Origin: Craspedostauros australis
Taxonomy: Eukaryota
Assembly: GCA_030167865.1 (NCBI GenBank)
Contig: JALAGF010000143.1
Location: 1-64,000 of the forward strand
DNA length: 64,000 nt
Direction of reading: 5' to 3'
This document shows, piece after piece, positions 59,996 through 64,000 of this stretch (position 1 is the stretch's first letter; every line of letters begins with the position of its first letter). Position numbers and translations under genes: made by a program. A model generated the notes under the pieces. That model was not told where the DNA came from and made no database searches. It saw only the letters and a list, made by a program, of their open reading frames with translations.

Positions 59996-62900
59996 ATGAC
60001 GAACGCGCGCCGCAAACCATCGCATGGATCGTCGGCCTCCACATCGATGCTGTCCTTGACATCCGAGACGTCCGACACATCCTATGGCTGCGCGGAAGGC
60101 AGCGTGCAGCGTCGGCATCTGACCACGAAGCCATCGTTCCGCCTGCACGACAGCGTGTTGACGTCGGGCCACGACTTCTACGACGATGGGTACAATGAGA
60201 CGGAACTTGACACAGAGCTGCCCAACACTCTGTTTGGCGCGCGCGATGCCTTCTTCGGACGTGACGATGAGCTGCAGACCTTGCATCGCGTCTTCGATCG
60301 CATGAAGCGGCATTCCAAGGCGAAGCATCGCAAGTCCAACAAGACGGTCATCGTGCCGGCCGCCTTCGTGTGGGGCACCAGCGGCAGCGGCAAGTCCAGG
60401 CTCGTCGACACCTTCTGCGGCCAGCTGCTGGCGGGCAAGACGAGACGCGTGCGAGTGCTCAAGGGCAAGTTCCAGGAGAACCAGGAAGGCAATCCCTTCT
60501 GCGCCATCACGCAGGCGCTGTCGGATTGGTGCAAGCAGCTGTCGTCGTCGCATGCGCCGCTCACGCCCATCAAGGAGGTTGGCAGTGCGGAGAGGTCGGA
60601 TGAGACGACGGATGACGACGATGACGATCTCAACATCGATGCACGGATGGATTCACATATCGATGGCCATGCCAATACAAATGCCAATACACATGCCAAT
60701 ACACAAGCATCGTCATCAGATGACAACGAAAAGAAGGACCAGCGACAACGCCACAGCATGAGCCACCCATCGGAGCTGCAACGGCTGCGCACCATCGTCA
60801 AATCGAGCCAATTCACAACCCAGCAGAAGGATGTCCTCACCGCATTCGTGCCAGCGCTGTCCATCCTCTTCGGCGACGACGAGAGCTGCATGACGCCCAT
60901 GACGTCGGCGAGTGCGCAACAGTCGCAGCTGCCGCAGGTGTCATCAACGGACACGTCGTGGAATCGGTTTCAGTACACCTTCACCCAGTTCTTGACCCTC
61001 ATCTCATCGCGACACCGTCCCGTGGTCATGGTGCTGGATGATCTGCAATGGGCGTCGCAGGAATGCATGGATCTCATGTCCACGGCCATCCATCAGCCCC
61101 ACTTTCTTTGGATTGGCACAATCCGACAAGAGACTGACCCAAAGTCTCCCGGCGAGGTGATGGACCTGGATGCGGATCTTCCCTTCATGCGTCTCCTCCG
61201 CGATGTGCAAGCGCAATGCGCGACAGAATCGCCCGACCCCACGGCGACTCCCTACACCAACATCCATCTGCAGAACTTCAGCCAACACGAGCTGCGCGAC
61301 TGGGTGGCGCAAGTGTTTGATCAGGACGATGATGTGGTGGATGAAACCACCGAGCTTCTGCACAAGCAGACCGCAGGCAACATCTTCCACACCATGCAGC
61401 TGTTGCAGGATATGGAGCGCACCAAAGCCTTGACGTACAGCCGCATCACGTTCCAGTGGGAGATCGATCCTGCCATGCTCAGTGCCATGCAGCGCAACGG
61501 CGACACTGGCAGGAGCAGTGACATCAGCGGCGGCGACATTCACGCCGCGGCAAGCAACGTGGTCCACCTCGTCTCGTCCAAACTGCGATCGCTACCGGTT
61601 CCATTGCAGCGGGCGCTCGTGCTGGCATCGTACATTCGATCCTCGTTCGAGCTGGATGTTCTGCAAGCGGTCTGGGACTACGAAGCGCAGAACGGCCCCA
61701 CAGGCGGTGACATTCTCATCACAACGCCTCACGCCGTCACAAGCGAGAACATTGACAACGCACAACCCGAGAAGTCACTCGTAGACTGGTTGGAACAGGC
61801 AGTGCTGGAGGGCCTCCTCGCGAATTCCATCGGCGGTGCAAGCTACCGCTTCGCGCATGATCGCATCCAGCAGGCGGCGCGTGACCTCGTGCCGTTCGGA
61901 GAGGTGCGCACGAAACTGCGTCTGCGCATTGGCCAGTGCCTGTGGGATCTTTGCTCCACCTCGTCAACTCCATCCATGGACGACGCATCGATATCTGTCG
62001 ACGACAGCAGCATAGTATTCATCGCGGCCGATCATCTCAACTGCGTGCCCAGCAAGGATCATCTGGCATCCGCGCGGCAGAATCTGCAGGTCGGCGAACA
62101 CGCGCTGCAAATTGCTGCTCTCGTGCCTGCCGCAACGTACCTCCAGCTTGCAAACACTGCATTGCGTAAGGTGCGGGGGGATCCGTGGCAGGATCATTAC
62201 GATTTGACGATTCGGCTCGTGCGCGCCCGTTGCGACATTGAGCTGTCGCTGAACCGCTTCGATTTGGGGTATTCGTTGGGACACGAGCTGCTCGATCATG
62301 CCCGGTCCATCCACGACAAGCTCCCCACGTACGTTGCGATGGCCAGCGCGCTTGGCCAGCAGGACGAGCACGCCAAAGGTTTGCGGCTGGCCCAGCAGGG
62401 TGCCCAGATCTGCGGCGAGTACCCCAAACGATGGTACGCGCTGCATGTGCTGCCGCAGCTTCTTTCCATCAAGGCGTACCTCAAGAAGACGACGATGGAA
62501 GAGTTCTTCGCGCAGAATCCGGTCACGAAGGATCCAAAGACGATGCTCGCGATGGACTTCTTGCGGCAGATCATCATCCGAGCGTATTCGAGCCAGGACA
62601 TGGTGTCGTGGGCTCTCGCTATTGTGCGGGTTCTCCAGATCACGAGACGCGACGGCATCTGCGAGCCTTCTGCCGGTGCCTTGAATGCCTTTGCCATGAT
62701 GCAAATGACGTCAGGCGACTCCGCGGGAGCTCGTCGATCGTCCGAGCTTGCGAAGGAGATCCTGCGCAGGCTGGGGAGTCACAGCAAATCAGTGGGTTGG
62801 GTCTACTACGCTGCGGCCATGTACATTGACTCATACTCCAAGCCATGGGATCAGGTGTCGCAGGATCTCCGGTATGCTTACAAATCGGGCATGGCGGTTG

Positions 62901-64000
62901 GTGATTTCGAGCTTGCTGTGCTATCACAAAACGGCAACATCTACTCCTCCTTCTTCAACGGACGCCCACTGACCGAGGTGGTGCCCGCTGCAACCGCTCT
63001 CCTCGAGCACATGGAGATGTACAAGATCGAATCCTACAAGGGCTTGATCTCTGAGATGTTGACCCTGTACAAATGCATGCAGGGCACGATCGAGCTGGAC
63101 TGGGATACGCTCCTGAATGTCAAGAAGTACGATCATGCCGTTCCATTTGTGCGTGGTTCTGCCTACTGGGGTCGGCTGTACATTGCAGTCTATTTTGGCA
63201 AGTTCGAGCACGCGGAGACCATGGATGCCCTCTTCAGGGCCAGCAAAATTCATGACCGAGCCTACACGCTGGTCACGTCCGTTGCGATCCTCGGAGGTGT
63301 GATGGCCTCCTACCGATACCGGCAGACGAGGAAGGTGAAGTACCTCAAGATGCTGCGGCAACGAAAGCGGGAGCTGAAGAAGATCTGCGAGACGCAAGGA
63401 AAGAATGGGCTCCACCGGTACTTGATTCTGCGTGCCGAATGGAAAGCCATCAAGGTGGGGAACACCGATCCTATGATGGTAGAAACGTGCTACAACAAAG
63501 CCATCAAGCAGGCCAGAGATGGGAACTGCCTTCACGAGGCGGGGCTTGCATGTGAGCTGGCAGGTGAGCACTTCCTGAGAACGAGCAAAAGCAGCAAGGA
63601 CGACATCAACGAGGTGGACCAAGCCCGCCGCATTCGCGGCTACTTCACCCAGGCGCTGGGATTTTATGAGATCTGGGGGGCTGTGCCGAAGTACGAAATC
63701 TTCCGCAATGCATACGGCAGCTACATTGACGAGGAACGTGTGGAGGATATGAAGACCAGGACCAGCCTCGTGGGGCAAGTCAAGTCTCTCGCGTTTTGGG
63801 AGGAGTCGCAGCAATTCCACAGCCAATCGAGCACCACTGGCCAGGACTTGATGTCGGAGTACACGCCAGGCCGCAGCCAGTCCCAGACGGGAACAAGCTT
63901 CATGTCGATGACGGACATGAGCAAATCTCCAAGGTCAAGCACGGGCACGATGCAAAGGAGGAGTACGAGTATGACCGGTGAAGAGGGAGGCGATGACACT
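59996..64000 (+). CDS. STAND-class P-loop ATPase (AAA_16 / COG3899-like) with winged-helix and TPR-like region; 3'-incomplete, absent from the ORF track
   Basis: Partial manual translation from ATG 59996 found no stop; its absence from the ORF track also fits a frame open to 64000 (at least 1335 aa). FFGRDDEL, Walker A GTSGSGKS (60374-60397), KGKF, Walker B VMVLDDLQW, QTAGNIF (GxP-equivalent), YRFAHDRIQQAA, WQDHYDLT, late WGA motif. Confidence 0.88.
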   Translation, partial: MTNARRKPSHGSSASTSMLSLTSETSDTSYGCAEGSVQRRHLTTKPSFRLHDSVLTSGHDFYDDGYNETELDTELPNTLFGARDAFFGRDDELQTLHRVFDRMKRHSKAKHRKSNKTVIVPAAFVWGTSGSGKSRLVDTFCGQLLAGKTRRVRVLKGKFQENQEGNPFCAITQALSDWCKQLSSSHAPLTPIKEVGSAERSDETTDDDDDDLNIDARMDSHIDGHANTNANTHANTQASSSDDNEKKDQRQRHSMSHPSELQRLRTIVKSSQFTTQQKDVLTAFVPALSILFGDDESCMTPMTSASAQQSQLPQVSSTDTSWNRFQYTFTQFLTLISSRHRPVVMVLDDLQWASQECMDLMSTAIHQPHFLWIGTIRQETDPKSPGEVMDLDADLPFMRLLRDVQAQCATESPDPTATPYTNIHLQNFSQHELRDWVAQVFDQDDDVVDETTELLHKQTAGNIFHTMQLLQDMERTKALTYSRITFQWEIDPAMLSAMQRNGDTGRSSDISGGDIHAAASNVVHLVSSKLRSLPVPLQRALVLASYIRSSFELDVLQAVWDYEAQNGPTGGDILITTPHAVTSENIDNAQPEKSLVDWLEQAVLEGLLANSIGGASYRFAHDRIQQAARDLVPFGEVRTKLRLRIGQCLWDLCSTSSTPSMDDASISVDDSSIVFIAADHLNCVPSKDHLASARQNLQVGEHALQIAALVPAATYLQLANTALRKVRGDPWQDHYDLTIRLVRARCDIELSLNRFDLGYSLGHELLDHARSIHDKLPTYVAMASALGQQDEHAKGLRLAQQGAQICGEYPKRWYALHVLPQLLSIKAYLKKTTMEEFFAQNPVTKDPKTMLAMDFLRQIIIRAYSSQDMVSWALAIVRVLQITRRDGICEPSAGALNAFAMMQMTSGDSAGARRSSELAKEILRRLGSHSKSVGWVYYAAAMYIDSYSKPWDQVSQDLRYAYKSGMAVGDFELAVLSQNGNIYSSFFNGRPLTEVVPAATALLEHMEMYKIESYKGLISEMLTLYKCMQGTIELDWDTLLNVKKYDHAVPFVRGSAYWGRLYIAVYFGKFEHAETMDALFRASKIHDRAYTLVTSVAILGGVMASYRYRQTRKVKYLKMLRQRKRELKKICETQGKNGLHRYLILRAEWKAIKVGNTDPMMVETCYNKAIKQARDGNCLHEAGLACELAGEHFLRTSKSSKDDINEVDQARRIRGYFTQALGFYEIWGAVPKYEIFRNAYGSYIDEERVEDMKTRTSLVGQVKSLAFWEESQQFHSQSSTTGQDLMSEYTPGRSQSQTGTSFMSMTDMSKSPRSSTGTMQRRSTSMTGEEGGDDT

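Noticed and set aside
1-64000. tRNA, rRNA, transposase or retroelement genes
   Set aside because: No cloverleaf/T-loop context, rRNA-like segment, or RT/integrase/transposase motif was recognised by eye; a covariance-model scan would be needed to exclude small RNAs.

Overview
This window is eukaryotic nuclear DNA, most likely from a pennate diatom or related stramenopile. Evidence: GT-AG introns, bipartite signal-plus-transit plastid presequences, a plastid-type flavodoxin, and diatom-style cyclase-phosphodiesterase fusions. About 21 protein-coding genes are supported. The left third is mostly housekeeping: PIG-W/GWT1, flavodoxin, a DsbA/FrnE oxidoreductase, a CREST-family membrane hydrolase, DusA, DNA polymerase kappa, a COG3044/MRB1590-like ATPase, TM9SF, a 2OG-Fe(II) oxygenase and a GST. 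From about 24 to 64 kb lies a signalling-rich block: four paralogous two-TM receptor nucleotidyl cyclase-PDE fusions, two tandem signal-anchored O-methyltransferases, a small membrane protein, an SDR, and a large STAND-class ATPase-TPR gene that the ORF track missed because it runs off the window end. The main hidden signal is an in-frame TGA at the first Cys position of the DsbA CxxC motif (U-P-W-C), which points to a selenoprotein that the ORF track splits in two; I could not find a canonical SECIS by eye. I found no rRNA, tRNA, CRISPR array or recognisable transposon. All family assignments come from motif recognition, not database searches.
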